A stretch of DNA of 63,941 bases, the filler included, from Choristocarpus tenellus KU-1152 (taxonomy: Eukaryota > Protista > Phaeophyceae): NCBI GenBank assembly GCA_964200185.2. It is 13 parts of 13 records of this genome, joined end to end, with 100 filler letters (N's around TTAATTAATTAA, not from the genome) between each part and the next. Parts side by side here need not be neighbours in the genome. Positions count along the whole stretch, not along the records: positions 10,810 to 14,270 come from CAXNAD020019885.1; positions 14,371 to 17,981 come from CAXNAD020018960.1; positions 18,082 to 22,664 come from CAXNAD020013913.1; positions 22,765 to 25,382 come from CAXNAD020026224.1; positions 25,483 to 36,124 come from CAXNAD020002808.1; 8 more parts are not named here. The stretch is one strand, 5' to 3'. The notes below the pieces were generated by a model, which worked only from the letters and a program-made list of their open reading frames with translations, was not told the origin of the DNA and did no database searches. Positions 12,768-25,620 of the stretch are shown here, in pieces. The position numbers and the translations under genes are program-made. Positions within the stretch are counted from its first letter, which is position 1, and each line of letters begins with the position of its first letter.

Positions 12768-13042
12768 GAGTCAACGTATCTTAGAGGGTAGGGCGACGTC
12801 CATTTGGGAGCCAAAATCCAGTGATGTTGTGATTTTGATGTAATCTCGGCTATTGTGTTTGTTAGGAAGTGCCAATATCCTCGTTCCGGACACACCTTTT
12901 TCATAACGTATACATTTTAACTACTCCTGAACATTTCGGAGTAGGAAAAAGTCAAAAATGTCCTAAAAAAAACTACTGGGAAGCCAAGCCCCAAATGGAC
13001 AAAAAAGGGCAAAACTCGTACCCTCTTAAGACACTTTCACTC
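12768..13042 (+). mobile_element. MITE family A copy (~260-275 bp)
   Basis: TIR GAGTCAACGTATCTTAGAGGGTA ... TACCCTCTTAAGACACTTTCACTC; flanks AGGA/AGGG; homologous to five other copies in the window. Confidence 0.9.
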
Positions 13043-13258
13043 AGGGGGTGGTCATTTTTAAAATCGTGCTTCAAGAGCACCCGTGACGTTTTCTGTTGTT
13101 GTTTTGAAGATGGAGATTAAATTAACTGAACCAATCTCGATTAAGCGATCAAGTGTAACTGAAGCGCTCTGTTGCGGTAGAGGTCAAAGGCACCACACGC
13201 TCTGCGCTCACTTACCCTAACCCTAACTATTGCTCACTAACTATTGCACACTGTACGG

Positions 13259-14136
13259 CTAATTATGCCGCCTTCATCGACTCCTTTTCGTAGCTTCTCT
13301 CACACGTTGGGCTCATCCATTCCTTCACTTCTGTCACTTTGAAGAATCTCTTCCATTGAATATATATATATACATATTTATTTATTTTTCTTTCCTGGAT
13401 ACCCTTCGGTGTCGATCAGCCATGCGTGCCTTTCCACCTCGTTATTGGTCAGGCGTTTTTGTGGTGAAACGCCTGATAGGATATAGTACAAATAGGTGTT
13501 GAATCGATAGCGCTTGCCACGTGTATATATATATATATATCGGATCATTAAAACCAGACATCCCATGAAGAGGAGTATGGTGTACTGATGGGGTGGTTCG
13601 AAGCTTGTGAATTTTCTTTTTAATTGAGGTAACAACTTTTGTTGACTGTTTAGCTGCAAGGATGCTGTGCACAATCTTTTATTCTTTTTTGTATTTTTTG
13701 TATGATGTGAACCATTTTTTTCCCTCTGAGTGTGTTGCTGTATTGTTGGGAGTGACATGATATGTTGAGGCGTAATGAACTTAACTCTCGGCTTGTGTGT
13801 GTGTGTGGGTGGATTGGTTGTGTGGTATCTATTATGGTAACTGAGAGGTATGCCCTTTTTGGCTACTTTACAATTATTTTTCTTTTTTCAATGGTGCAAT
13901 AACACGTTTCATTCATTATGTGTACAATAGTAGAAAACTCCACATTTTTTGGGAAGGTTATTTTTGTAATGTACAAGAAGGCGTGCTTGTTAGCCATTTC
14001 TGGGGATCTTTGAAGTGCTACGGTGTTACGCCTCTCAATTACCATGACTCTTTCATACATTTTCAAAAGATCAGGGCCCAGATTGTAGAGCTCTTCTATA
14101 GGGTTGACCTCTTCTATTGGGTAAAGCTCTTCTATC
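13259..14136 (-). CDS. 3' exons of an unidentified spliced gene
   Basis: Exon-like blocks IEELYPIEEVNPIEELYNLGPDLLKMYERVM (~14044-14136), GVSPQKRLTNNEVERHAWLIDTEG (~13402-13472) and FFKVTEVKEWMSPTCERSYEKESMKAA* (~13259-13347) with plausible splice sites. No family recognised. Confidence 0.35.
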
Positions 14137-14397
14137 TGTCACCCAGTGATAAATGTTTGACAAGGTTGGCGTCCGTAAGAGAGGACGAGGGGGGCGGGCA
14201 CACTCTCACTCACCCACTCATGCACCCCCATGCAGGTTGAAAGGTAGGTGTCTATGACCAGGGCTTTAGTNNNNNNNNNNNNNNNNNNNNNNNNNNNNNN
14301 NNNNNNNNNNNNNNTTAATTAATTAANNNNNNNNNNNNNNNNNNNNNNNNNNNNNNNNNNNNNNNNNNNNCCTCCCCCCCCCCAGATACTTTGGGTC

Positions 14398-17300
14398 ATT
14401 ATATATTTTCATTGGTTTTCCCCTGACACATCTGCAAAATGTCAGAGGGCATAATAATATAATTATGTGAGAATAGATGCGTTTCAGAATATATAGAGAG
14501 CAAAATATTTGTATTATTTTTGTGTCTTTCTTCCCCCATTAACGTACATTATTACCCAAATGAGTTTGGGTACGAAATTCAAACACTGCCTCGCTCCATC
14601 GATCTCAATTTTCTGGACTAGTTGACTGTTATAGTCAGTCAGGAAGCATGAGGATACATACAGTCCTGACCCCTTCTCGCGGGAGCTATTCCATGGTTTT
14701 CTTCTGTTAGTCGCTCATCAGAGGCAGGCAGAGACCACCAGAAGAGAGTGACGGAAGAGACACGGTGGAAAACCCACAGCCCATTGTTCCTTAGAAGCGG
14801 CAGAGGCCTTGTCAGGCCCCGCTCAGCCTTGAAGACTTCGTGTGTTCTAAATCTTTTGTTCATGACGGCTGTTATTGTAAGACACTCGATTCTGACGCCT
14901 CCTTTCCTGCAGAGGATGAGGAAACGCACAACGCTATTGTCCTCAAAGCTGAGCAACATTGTTTCACAGCTTTGTCCTACCTCCCATATCACAGGTGCTT
15001 ATAGCTGAGCACGCCCAGTATACACCTCTAACCGCCAGGTACATGAGATCAGCAGGACAGTCGGTGCGCACAAAATATTCTTCACCAAAATGTTTGGTGT
15101 GTGAAGGGACACATTGACAACTTCAAGGGTAACCCTGGAGCTCGGGCATTGAGCAAGATCGGCAGGTATGTGCACGTTGATTGCACGAATGACAAGATCG
15201 GGTTGTGTGTGACCCTTTTGTCTGTACCTGTGCCTGTGTGCCTGTGTCTATGTGCCTGTATCTGTATCTGTGCCTACCTCTGTTCTTACTCTCTCTGCCC
15301 CTGTCTTTGCCTATCTCTTGGTGTCGCTTTTTTTGTCACGTCTTGCATCTGTGTCGTTTGCCGACAGAGAAGCCAAGCTACAGTACCATGCCCATCATGA
15401 TGTGTGCCTATGATCCTGTGTATGTGCCTGTTCCTTTGTCTGTTCCTCCATAAATATGAGCATGCCGAAAGCTGTAGCTTGTATTTATTTTTATCTGTTG
15501 TGCGCGTATTATTGGTGCATACTTCACCGCCCTTCGAACTCAATACACACACAACGACCAGTGCACTGACTGTACACATTGTGTGCTTTGATCGTTTGCA
15601 ATCACACTTGTATCCTACCGTGCCGTACACTTGAAGAGAACATGGTAAACTGGACAATATTCTTTGACGAAATAACAACAAACGGATGTGTAAAGGTCAC
15701 AGAATGCGTTCCTCATGCCCTCCACAAAGAGGGAAAGCATTGTGGTGCTCATTCACACTTGGGGAAATGCACACGGCCAGAGTACGCTGCACTATGATGC
15801 TACCTACCTCTACATGGTAATGAAAATGGCAAGTGGGGTCAAAGCGGACCTGTACAAGCCCGCAACATGTGGAATAGTACATGTAGTGACAGTGTTGCTG
15901 TTGTTTATTTTTGGGTCCTGCCATATCAATAAGTAGAGAATGTTGACAGCGAAGCATAGAAGAAGGCGTTTCAAATGTCCACCTCTTTGTTACATATTAC
16001 CACCGGAAATGTTGCACCTCATAACTATATTGTGCTGGCAGGAGCTCCTCGATTTCTACGACAAGGAGCAGGTCAGACTCTACGGGGCATATGCTTCAAA
16101 GTATCGAGCATCCGCAGCATACTCCAACTCAGTGTGGACTGAAGAGCATTCCAATGTGCAGCTGAGAACAGGGGGAGAGTTTATGAAGCGTGACAACTGC
16201 ATCGGGTTCGACGGGCTCATGCCCGGCATTCGCATAATGAAAGCCATACGCAACTCGAGTGCTTGAGCACAGGTCGAAGCACAGGCTGCAGAACATCGTA
16301 AGGTAGGTCGGCGAGTAGCGTACCATGCACGGGCAGCGGTTAAACTCTTTCGCTTTTCACCAGAACCAAATTTTCAGTATGTTGCACTACCACTCATGTA
16401 CAACCAGCTGTTATCGCATTGTGCGTGTATAGTCCAGAAAGTCACCTCCGAGCCCTCATTTGTTGGTCTGCACTGCACCCTTATCCATTCAGATGGTTGA
16501 AGACAACAGAGAGGTGATCGTTGATAAGGCCACCGATGTCATGGGTGCCACGGCCGACAGTAAGCCCTTGGATATCACCTTCATGAGCATGGATACAGCC
16601 AACCAGATTACCCATGCACTCCCCGCTCTCTATCCGCCAACCCACAGTGAAGATAAGTAAGTTGATATGCTATGCTAAGGTAAGTTTGCAGTTGGTTCGC
16701 AATCAAGTCGAAGGTTGTAGTGGTGTGTCTAATATTTTATGGGAGCGATCCATTGCTTCACAGTTGACTTGTTCCCGACTCCCTGGCGTTTGCTCCAGTG
16801 TGTGCTACTGCCATTACTGTTAAAATACAATAGAGAGTTAAAACGACTAATCCTATGCAATACTTTGCTATTTTGGCAAGGGTTCGTCTGAGTCCCAGAA
16901 AATCATGGAGGTATCTGTCAAAGGTCAGTCCATGGACATCTACTTCACGCCACGGACTCTTAGCACAAGTAGGTCAGTGCTTGCACATTGCGAGTATCCT
17001 GTCCATTTGTTGGTTAGCTTCTTCGCTTCTGTGCCCTGAGGTTTTGGTGAGTCCTTCGTCAATGTAGTGCTGCATGTTATTTATTGATCAGTTGGACCCT
17101 AACAAGTACTTTCCCACAGAAGTTGTGTAATCTTCCTCTTTGCAGGCAGCAACCTCGTATACACCACCATGTTCCTAACCATCACCACCCTGATAGAGAG
17201 ACTGTGCCAGGACAGGGCCGTAATATTCATCTCTCTCCTTTACTTCCAAGTGGACAATTGCGTCGGTGAAAACAAGAACAACATCATCGCTGCATTTTTG

Positions 17301-17981
17301 TCAACCTTGTTATCTAGAGGAATCGTAGGGGGGGTTGAGGTCAACTTTATGATGGTCAGAAACACTCATATAAAAATCAATCAAATTTTCTCGAGGTGAA
17401 CGATTGGCCTTGGTTAGGCAAGAAGATTTGTTTCTCTTTCAAATCGATTCAAGTTTTTCCTGCATTGTTGTCAGCCATTGCACACGGTGTTGTGAGTTGT
17501 TCCTCTATTGGCACCCTCCTTTCTTTATTTCTGCGTGTGTTGACCTCAAATAAAATGAAATCAATTAACTCATATGAACCACCTTGTTCAGCGTGAAGCA
17601 GGTTTACTGAGGGTATCAGGGACCACAACATATTTACAAGGACCCAGTAAGCCAGAATCTTGAAGGCTTCCTACCTGTTACTTTGTGTTGACCAGTTGGT
17701 GATATATAGATACAGTGTGTATGTAAATGACTGTAGTTCTCATTCGCCGCCATGACAATTCTGTGACGAATCATTGCATCCTGGCCCAAATCGAGTAAGG
17801 TAGGAGGAATCAAAGGTTGAGCAGCAGCAATCGGTCGACCTGTCGAAGATGAACAGAGAGAGAGATTTTGACCTGCCCACGCATTGGTTGAGGGAAAACC
17901 AAGAAGGTGTTAAAGTATCCCCAAAATCATCAAAGAACATAAAGGTGATAAACCCGGCGAGATTGCTTGGTGTCTGTAGAG
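14398..17981 (+). mobile_element. Degenerate intron-containing DNA transposon with Sola-like DDD transposase (DUF7869-type)
   Basis: LYFQVDNCVGENKNN...VNFMMVRNTHIKINQIFSR (17169-17395) matches the DNC..ENKN / F..VGHTH..IDQ.FS core. Upstream ITFMSMDTANQITHALP carries the first-Asp region. Frames are disrupted. Confidence 0.7.
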
Positions 17982-18081
17982 NNNNNNNNNNNNNNNNNNN
18001 NNNNNNNNNNNNNNNNNNNNNNNNNTTAATTAATTAANNNNNNNNNNNNNNNNNNNNNNNNNNNNNNNNNNNNNNNNNNNN

Positions 18082-18195
18082 GATAGATTCGGTTTTCTTT
18101 TTCGGCCAAGCCCAAGACAAGCAGATCTTATGATCGTCGCTGGTACACTTACGAATAAAATGGCTCCTGCGATGCGCAAAGTTTATGATCAAATG
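18082..18195 (+). pseudogene. nuoB: Fragment of NADH:quinone oxidoreductase subunit B (NuoB/Nad10/PSST)
   Basis: Translates to [38 protein letters not shown], the highly conserved NuoB/PSST core. Homology stops abruptly after DQM. Confidence 0.9.
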
Positions 18196-18213
18196 GGGCG
18201 GAGGCTACAAGAG

Positions 18214-21200
18214 ATGGCGGCAGATGTAGAAGGCGTGGAAAGGCTGCTGCTGGATCTACACAACACAGCGGATCAAGACTTCAAGGATGCAGAGGTGTGT
18301 TGATGGGCTAAGGAGGACAGTGTTGTTCAAGAAGGCGTATCGAGATCATGCGAAGTAGCCATGAGTGTAATGTAATGAAGGGTACACCGTTGTTGTTACT
18401 ACAAGTGGCTTGATGGGCCGTTCAGTCTTGTCTCTTTGCTCGAAGTACGCAAGATTCCCTCCAGGTTGCAGCCAAACACTTGACTTCGAGGGTCGTGGCC
18501 CTTCTGCAACGCACTCTATTGGTACCTGTGATTTCTCCTTCTGCTTCCAACTATCCTGGATCCAGTAAATTCACATGCAACAGGCCAGGTGGTTCAGATC
18601 GTACGCAAAGCTCAACCGTGGCCTGCCCCTCCCCACACCATCACGTCTCCATCGTGTTGTGACTTAGGTCAATGATCCGTCTTCACTAGTGGAGCAGCTG
18701 AAGCAAGCTGTGTTGGCTGTGAATCCGCGCTCTCCGGCTGAAGAGGTAAGAAATTCTAAACTACCAACAATTAGATAATGCGGTCTGATGGGATCGCACT
18801 TCCAGGAAGATATGACGGTGGTTTGATGTTGCACGTGTCCGTTGGTGTGAAAAAAGTCGTTTCTTGTTTAGGTATGATCGAAAGCTTATGTATAGGTCCT
18901 TGGATCGTGTTTGAGAAGTGCACACATTTGGGGTGCCCCCACCCTTGTACCCCGGAGTATTCTATGCTTATACGTCATTCATGGTAGCCCCCAATGGAGA
19001 TATTGCTGCGACGTCAGGAGGATGAAGTAGTCAAGCAAAACTTGATGGACACAGTTGTAATCCAGAAGTTCTGTGCACATACAAGCACCGGAATCTCATG
19101 AAGCTGAAGGGTGTGATGTGATTGATGTGCTCTCACCACAGGTTCTAATGCGATCTTTAATTTGGTAGTACAGCCAGCCGACAGAGTACCCATATACGAC
19201 CCAATCTCTGAAGACCCGTAACTCAAGCAGAGGTGTACCTTGTACTGCCAAGAGGCCAATTTACACCTAATCATCTTAAGGACAGATGTACTCGGTACCT
19301 ATTGTGTCGTCAAATATGTTGGAGACATTTTAGTGCCAGTTAGTCAAATGAACCCTGTTGTATGATCTCAGGAATGAGATGTGGATCATGCATTCCTCAT
19401 GAAATTATCAGCGAGCATCACACACCCTTGTTACTGAAGAGATCCCTATTTTTCCTGAAGCCCTTTTGTGTTACATATATATTAGGCAATATGCTGTGGT
19501 CAGGATAAGCAGGGGAAATTGGCTGACTACATATACAGCTTTATTAAGTCAGGCTGGATTATACTGAGCTAAATTAGGGATTCAAATATGTATTCATGAA
19601 TGTGGTGTGGCCAATAGATCACCTATGCACATTCTAAGGAGATACGTTGTGCTCAACCATCTGAGGGGATCAAATATGCTGATCTATCAGTTACAGCAAT
19701 ACAGGTATGTTGACATAGACAGCTCTCCCTTGCCATTTTCTTGGCCCACCTGATTCTTTTGATGCACTTGAGTCATTAGAGATCATTATTGATCCCTGCT
19801 CAGACATTGGTACCATAAAAATTGTCGTGCTCCTTGTCATTGCTCCCACCTCTCAGTATATCTCTTGGTCTGATGCCATTCCACCGCCCCCTCTTCTGAG
19901 AGGAGAGGCGTATCAAATCCTATCATGCTATATTAGCCCAATATTGAAGAGGTGGGGGACATGGATGGAGGGCAACATCTGCACAAATGGAATGGCCAGC
20001 ACGTTGCATTGAAACAATAGTATGTATTTGCTCATTTCCTACCGCTGCTATTTCGACTACTATTATTACTGTTGTTGATAGTGGCAGTGCTCATGTGTGT
20101 ATGGGCTTTAATTCTCTCTATCTAAGGTCACCCCCACAACTTGCAAATCATTTTAGTCAGAGAGGTATGCCAACTATGTATGTGGGATCTTCTCTCTTCT
20201 GATGTTTTTCCTCATGTGTATTATGGCAGTGCGTTGGGGATCTTCTCTGCTGTGGAATAGTACGCTATGTTTTTTTTTTTGTCAAGGATTGGTTTGTTGA
20301 AATGGTTGTACTGTGAGTTTTTTTAATTTTTTTTCTTTATCAATGTAGTTTGTAGTCTTCATTGAAGTCGCCCCTCAACATCCGACCCCCCATCCTCATC
20401 ACCTCTTCCCTAACGTGCCATGAATCATAACATTCTGCCTGATCTTGTCTTGGTTTTTGATCCCAATAAAAACAGTGCATAATTCTGACTCTTTGCCTGT
20501 CTGTACTGTGCATGTCACTTGTGTCATTGCACATGTGCAATTTATGTGTGTACAGGCAGATGTTGCACTTTTCAGCTCTTTCATGCTACAGTCCAACTCT
20601 CCACCAGATCTCCTGTCATTTGTGGTTGCCACGGTCAATGCAGATGCGAAGGTAGGAGTAATTGACCAACCTCAATGAGCATAGCAAACATTGTAAAAAA
20701 CATCATTCCGTATTTACTGGGGTGTGTTTGTGCTTAAATCACTTGCAAAGTGTGGTCTATGGTGCTTCTAATGCTTCAATTTTTACCCTGCCTAACAACC
20801 TCAAGTAATACCTTAGATTTCATTATGTGGCAGAGACCCTACTGTACATATGTTGAGTATATAACATATTTTGGAATACTCGTATACCTATGTGAGTGTA
20901 ATCATGGTGCTACAAACTTCAGAGACCGCATGCACAAGACATTGAGCAAATAGTCACTCCTGAACATGTGTCTTCTAATAGAGGGCCCTTGTACCTGTTC
21001 TTGCCCAGGTTTCCAACACCTTGGGAACCTTTTGCCCCCACATTATGCGTGAAAATCATTCCTATGGTGGGGTTGGGGGCCCTACCTATACATGCGCTGG
21101 ATACATATGTTGTTTAGTCAACATCTATGCTGTATGCCTTCATGACCTACTATTTTCTGTGTGCTCCCTTCTACAATGAGTTCCGACTTGACCACCCCTT

Positions 21201-22423
21201 CAATGTCTCCATCTAAAAGCTTGGTCCAATCTATACTTCCACCTTTGCCTGTCTGCACTCCTGAATCCGCCTGTGCCTTCCATACATCATGTCCCTCTTC
21301 CCCCCCGCCATCTCACCACTGCAGACCAAACACCACCTTTGGGCTACACTTTTGCCAACCCTACTACCGTACCTCCCCTGCAAATGCATGACTGCCGTCT
21401 CTCCTGCCCCTCAATATTCCTCCAATTTCAATCTAGTGCAGAACTGCAGAATTGGTTTGACCATGGCCTCTACTCAACTACTCTACACGCCTGCCTGCCT
21501 GCCTTCCTCCTTAATTATCGCCTTTGCAACCTTTGTGAAAACCCTGGTTACAGCTCACGAAGAGGGTGCGAATGAGTTCGCTCAGGGCTGTGACTCAATT
21601 CATCAAGCACATCCAGGGGACGCCCCACGTGGATCGGAATGCGGAGAGGTTGGTCAGAATGAGATTGAGACTGAAAGAGATGTTCTACGTGATGGGGGAA
21701 CTATGAAAACTACTCTACTCTTCTTTCCATGCTCTTGTGCCTACCCCTCCCCCCCCTCACCTTTCTCCTCCCCATGTGAACTCTGACCTGCCTCTTGCTA
21801 CTGCCACTACCAATAAACAAAATCATATTTCGAGATGTTGTAAGGATATTGTTGTAAGGATATTGTTGTAAGTATAGTGTTACAAAGTACATTGTTAAAG
21901 TGAACCCCTCTTGGGTTTGCCCAATATTATAAACATGGTTTATGTGATACGAAATGGGGGGGGGAGGAATCTGCTGTATTTTGATTATCGTGATGATTTT
22001 CTACATACTTAGTACTTGTTATGCAGTATGTGTTTCATGTTTGCAGGAAATCTCCCCACGCTCCAACCATATGTTGGATGACTAAACTGTAACGCATGTA
22101 TGATTGACTTGTTGGATGACCTAAAGATGTCATATACTGCATGTTGCAATCCAAAGCTGACTTGCTGTCACAGTGAGCTTTCGTTTACCTCCGTGACTGC
22201 ATCTGCCCTCCAGATCTCCTATCAGTAGATATCCTCTTGTGTGCAACAAACACTCAGGTTCCTTTCCTCCCTTGTCATTGTACATCACCGCAGGGTCAAG
22301 GAGGCGTGTTGGGATGTGTTTCAGCGGGAAACGGCTTCACAGGAGGTAAAGGCAAATGCACTGAAGCCTCTGAGGGCTTTGCTGAAGCTCCGTTCTCCTG
22401 TCCTGGCTGCAAGAAGATGGAAG
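18214..22423 (+). CDS. PRKDC: DNA-dependent protein kinase catalytic subunit, N-terminal exons (18214-18294, 18668-18745, 20556-20651, 21554-21648, 22294-22423)
   Basis: Phase-consistent exons splice to [19 protein letters not shown]...[20 protein letters not shown]...[14 protein letters not shown]...[32 protein letters not shown], which resembles the DNA-PKcs N-terminal HEAT region (LLVFV...REEILKFL..F...IKNTC.SVY.KD.A.K.KIPAL.LL.KLL). Recognised by eye. Confidence 0.72.
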
Positions 22424-22520
22424 GTACGGCAGGAGAGGAGCACGTGCAGGAATTATACTGCTGTACCTGTGTTATTGTTTACACACATACTCCCTCCCTC
22501 TCTCTCTCTCTCCCTCTCCC

Positions 22521-22559
<39 letters not shown>

Positions 22560-22562
22560 TTT

Positions 22563-22594
<32 letters not shown>

Positions 22595-23174
22595 TTATCG
22601 AAGAGAAGGGACGTAGCTGTGATGTTTTTTATTTTTTTTTTTTTTTTGTGTGGTGGGCAGGGGGNNNNNNNNNNNNNNNNNNNNNNNNNNNNNNNNNNNN
22701 NNNNNNNNTTAATTAATTAANNNNNNNNNNNNNNNNNNNNNNNNNNNNNNNNNNNNNNNNNNNNCCCCCCGATAATGACCAACAAAAGAAGTACCCTCTG
22801 ACGCCCAAAACAAATCTCCTAACCCTAACCCTAACCCTAACCCTAACAACTTGTACAAGAAAAATAACGCGCTGTTTGAAAAAAAAAAAAGAGAGGCAAA
22901 TAATTTTAGTACTTCATAAAAGTGTGTCTGACTACTTGAAAAAAAAAATAAGCGTTTATTAGGGATACACTTAACATGCGTCAGAGCAGCACGCCACAAA
23001 CAGAAAAAAACAATATTACTACTCCAGAGAAGTGATGTCCCACTTGAAAAGTTCGCATAAGACAAGGTTAATAGAAAGTCACACCAGTGTGTTGCCCTCA
23101 TCTCACACGCACGTATACACACTCACACTCTTACTCTCACTCTTACTCTCACTCTCACTCTTACACACACACAC

Positions 23175-25176
23175 CGGCTTTTCCCCTGATGAAATGTATG
23201 GCGACAGCGGTGCATTTGGGTGGCACAGCATAGCTCCCTCTATCGGTTTTGGTAGGGGTGGTGGCGGCGGTGGCGGTGGAGGCACAGGGGCAGGTAGGGG
23301 GAGGGAGGCCGACCTCCCAGCCTCCTGAGCTTCTTGATCCAAGGGTGTCACCGCAGGAGCCAAGGTCGTACTAACGACTTTTGTGTCTCGAGGAGAACTG
23401 TCATCATCACCCTTCCAGAAGTTTCATTAAAAAAAATGAAAAAAATGAAAAGGCAAAACAGGGCAAGGTGGTGGTTGGGGGAGAGAGAGAAGGGGAAGGG
23501 GGAGGGAGGGGGATAATAAAAGGACAGGAAATCAAGAGCGAGGATGTCCTGAGGAAGGGCTGGTTGTAAGGTACATTTGAGACAGTCTCGTGTCTATTTT
23601 TTGTTGTCATTAGGTCTGATATCTTGCCTTGCGCCTACGTGGTTGCAGATATTGTGTAAATTCAGAAAAAAATGATCGGCATCCATGCAACACACTCACT
23701 CACACCCACCGGCAGAGTGCTAGCTACACAATCCCAAGATTTACCTTTATTTTTCTTCTCAAAAATGCAAACAACAATGGAGGTTTTGGGGGGTTATAGG
23801 GTTATAGGGTTAGGGTTAGGGTAAGAAATTTGGGGGAAAAAAAAACCGAACAGGGTGTAAATGAAAAAACAGCCTTCCAGGAGAACTGCAGCGGCCACAA
23901 CACTCCCCATGCATACATTCGATAAAATTTGAGCCAAGAGGGAGAGGGGTAACCCTTCTTAGACGGTGCTTTCTCACGCAAACTATATATAATACAAAAT
24001 GTACCTCCTGACAGCTCCATGGCACTCCAGAGCTCTACACTCTCAGGCACGAATTACTATTGTAACTGCGACAAAGATGCACAATACGGGCGTAAAATGT
24101 GTTACAATTTCCACTGCTCTACAGCAAACAACAAAAAACCGGGCTTTCCCAGACAAAGAGAGATTAACAAACCCCAGGCAATATTGGAAATATGACAATT
24201 TCCACTGCCGCACCACTCCCGACCTGCAATATTGGCCTCAACATGGGAATCAAAAAACGAAACCCATTTGCAAGAGATGGATGGCGATCTTATCAAGAGC
24301 GGCATGCTACATACTACTTACTGCCTTGACAAGCACCTGCTTAGGAACGAGCAGCTTCGAATCTCACCCTATGTACCAAAAAGAAAAGAAAAGAAAAGAA
24401 AAGAGACAGAAGGTAACCCTAATTCAAGGGGGTCACCACCAGGGGGTGACCCTACATGGTCCTTACCGATGGTTCACAAAAAAAAAAATACCACGAGGAG
24501 TACAGGGGACTGCGGTCGCATGCCGAAACCACAGACAAGTCCCTCGAACCATTGCAGTACCATATACCCCGTACCTATCAACCCATCTACTTGTAACTGG
24601 TCCCTCAAACCGGTACAACGAAAAAGTGGCAATTTTTACTGTACAGTCGAAAAAAAGCGGAATTTAACCCAACTCACTCTATGGAAGGGAAACCTTGCCA
24701 TAAAAATATATAGCGGCCCCCACCTTTGAACTGGCGCCGAAACACACAACCGGGGGGGGGGAGGGGGGGAGGGGGAAGAAAAGAGAAGAGTATCAACATC
24801 ACGTAAAGAAGTAGCCGCAGACACACACACACTCAGCAAAAATAAAAATAAAAATTTATCTTATCGTAGACTTGAAGGCCAACCCTAACCCTAAGAACGA
24901 ACACTAGGCGAACCACCCCCCCCGGGCAATTTTTGTCAAGAGTACATAAAATCCCTACCCTGTCATGTTTTTCGAAGTGGCTAGTTAACCAGACTGCACC
25001 TGGTGCTGGCCCCCCTGCCTCGACCGCATGTGACCTGAATGCCTTGTGGGTGCTTCACACCAGTCAGCAACGGAAGGAGGGGATGATGAGGGTGTACCCG
25101 GAGTAGTTGCATAAGCATCCTGCATCAGTATTGCCCTCGCCGTACGTGCTCCTAGCCACTGCTGCTGTGTTTTCCT
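23175..25176 (-). CDS. Exons of an unidentified proline-rich protein (~23175-23398; possibly ~25000-25176)
   Basis: SPRDTKVVSTTLAPAVTPLDQEAQEAGRSASLPLPAPVPPPPPPPPPLPKP... bounded by CAG and GT; codon-varied proline run. Confidence 0.4.
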
Positions 25177-25288
25177 AAGTCATCAAGGAGGAAGAGGGGG
25201 GAAGAAGGGGGGGGGGGGAATGAGTAACTGGGTGGCGAAGGTAATAGAGGACATGGTCCCTATTTGCTCAATGTGAAGTGCCTCGTGA

Positions 25289-25382
25289 GATCCAAAGTAT
25301 CTGGGAGGGAGGGGGGGGGGGAGTCTTCACCAAAGTGTAAATTTGGACCAACACCAGGAAAAAGTGCACTTTCATTATCCAT
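25289..25382 (+). mobile_element. MITE family B partial copy at a contig end
   Basis: GATCCAAAGTATCTGGGAGGG(G)n...ACCAGGAAAAAGTGCACTT..ATTATCCAT, matching 5690-5720. Confidence 0.7.
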
Positions 25383-25620
25383 NNNNNNNNNNNNNNNNNN
25401 NNNNNNNNNNNNNNNNNNNNNNNNNNTTAATTAATTAANNNNNNNNNNNNNNNNNNNNNNNNNNNNNNNNNNNNNNNNNNNNGTCGTTGGATTTGAGTTG
25501 TACATCCTGGAAGGTGAGCATTGAGGGGCGCCTGTAACATTTCTGGTTAGGGTCAGCTCTTTTTCTTATTATTACTTCCCATCCATTACAATAAACCAGC
25601 CACAGAAAAAGCCTCCATGT

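Noticed and set aside
5821-22423. DNA-repair gene cluster (REV1 + PRKDC)
   Set aside because: The genes lie on different artificially concatenated contigs, so their proximity carries no information.
22500-22600. Poly-Pro/poly-Phe ORFs (also ~42070-42125, 51140-51186, 54725-54792)
   Set aside because: Homopolymer runs near contig ends, of unreliable length and non-coding.
23999-24729. Overlapping 222-aa and 165-aa ORFs
   Set aside because: No recognisable motifs or splice structure; probably intronic repeat sequence.
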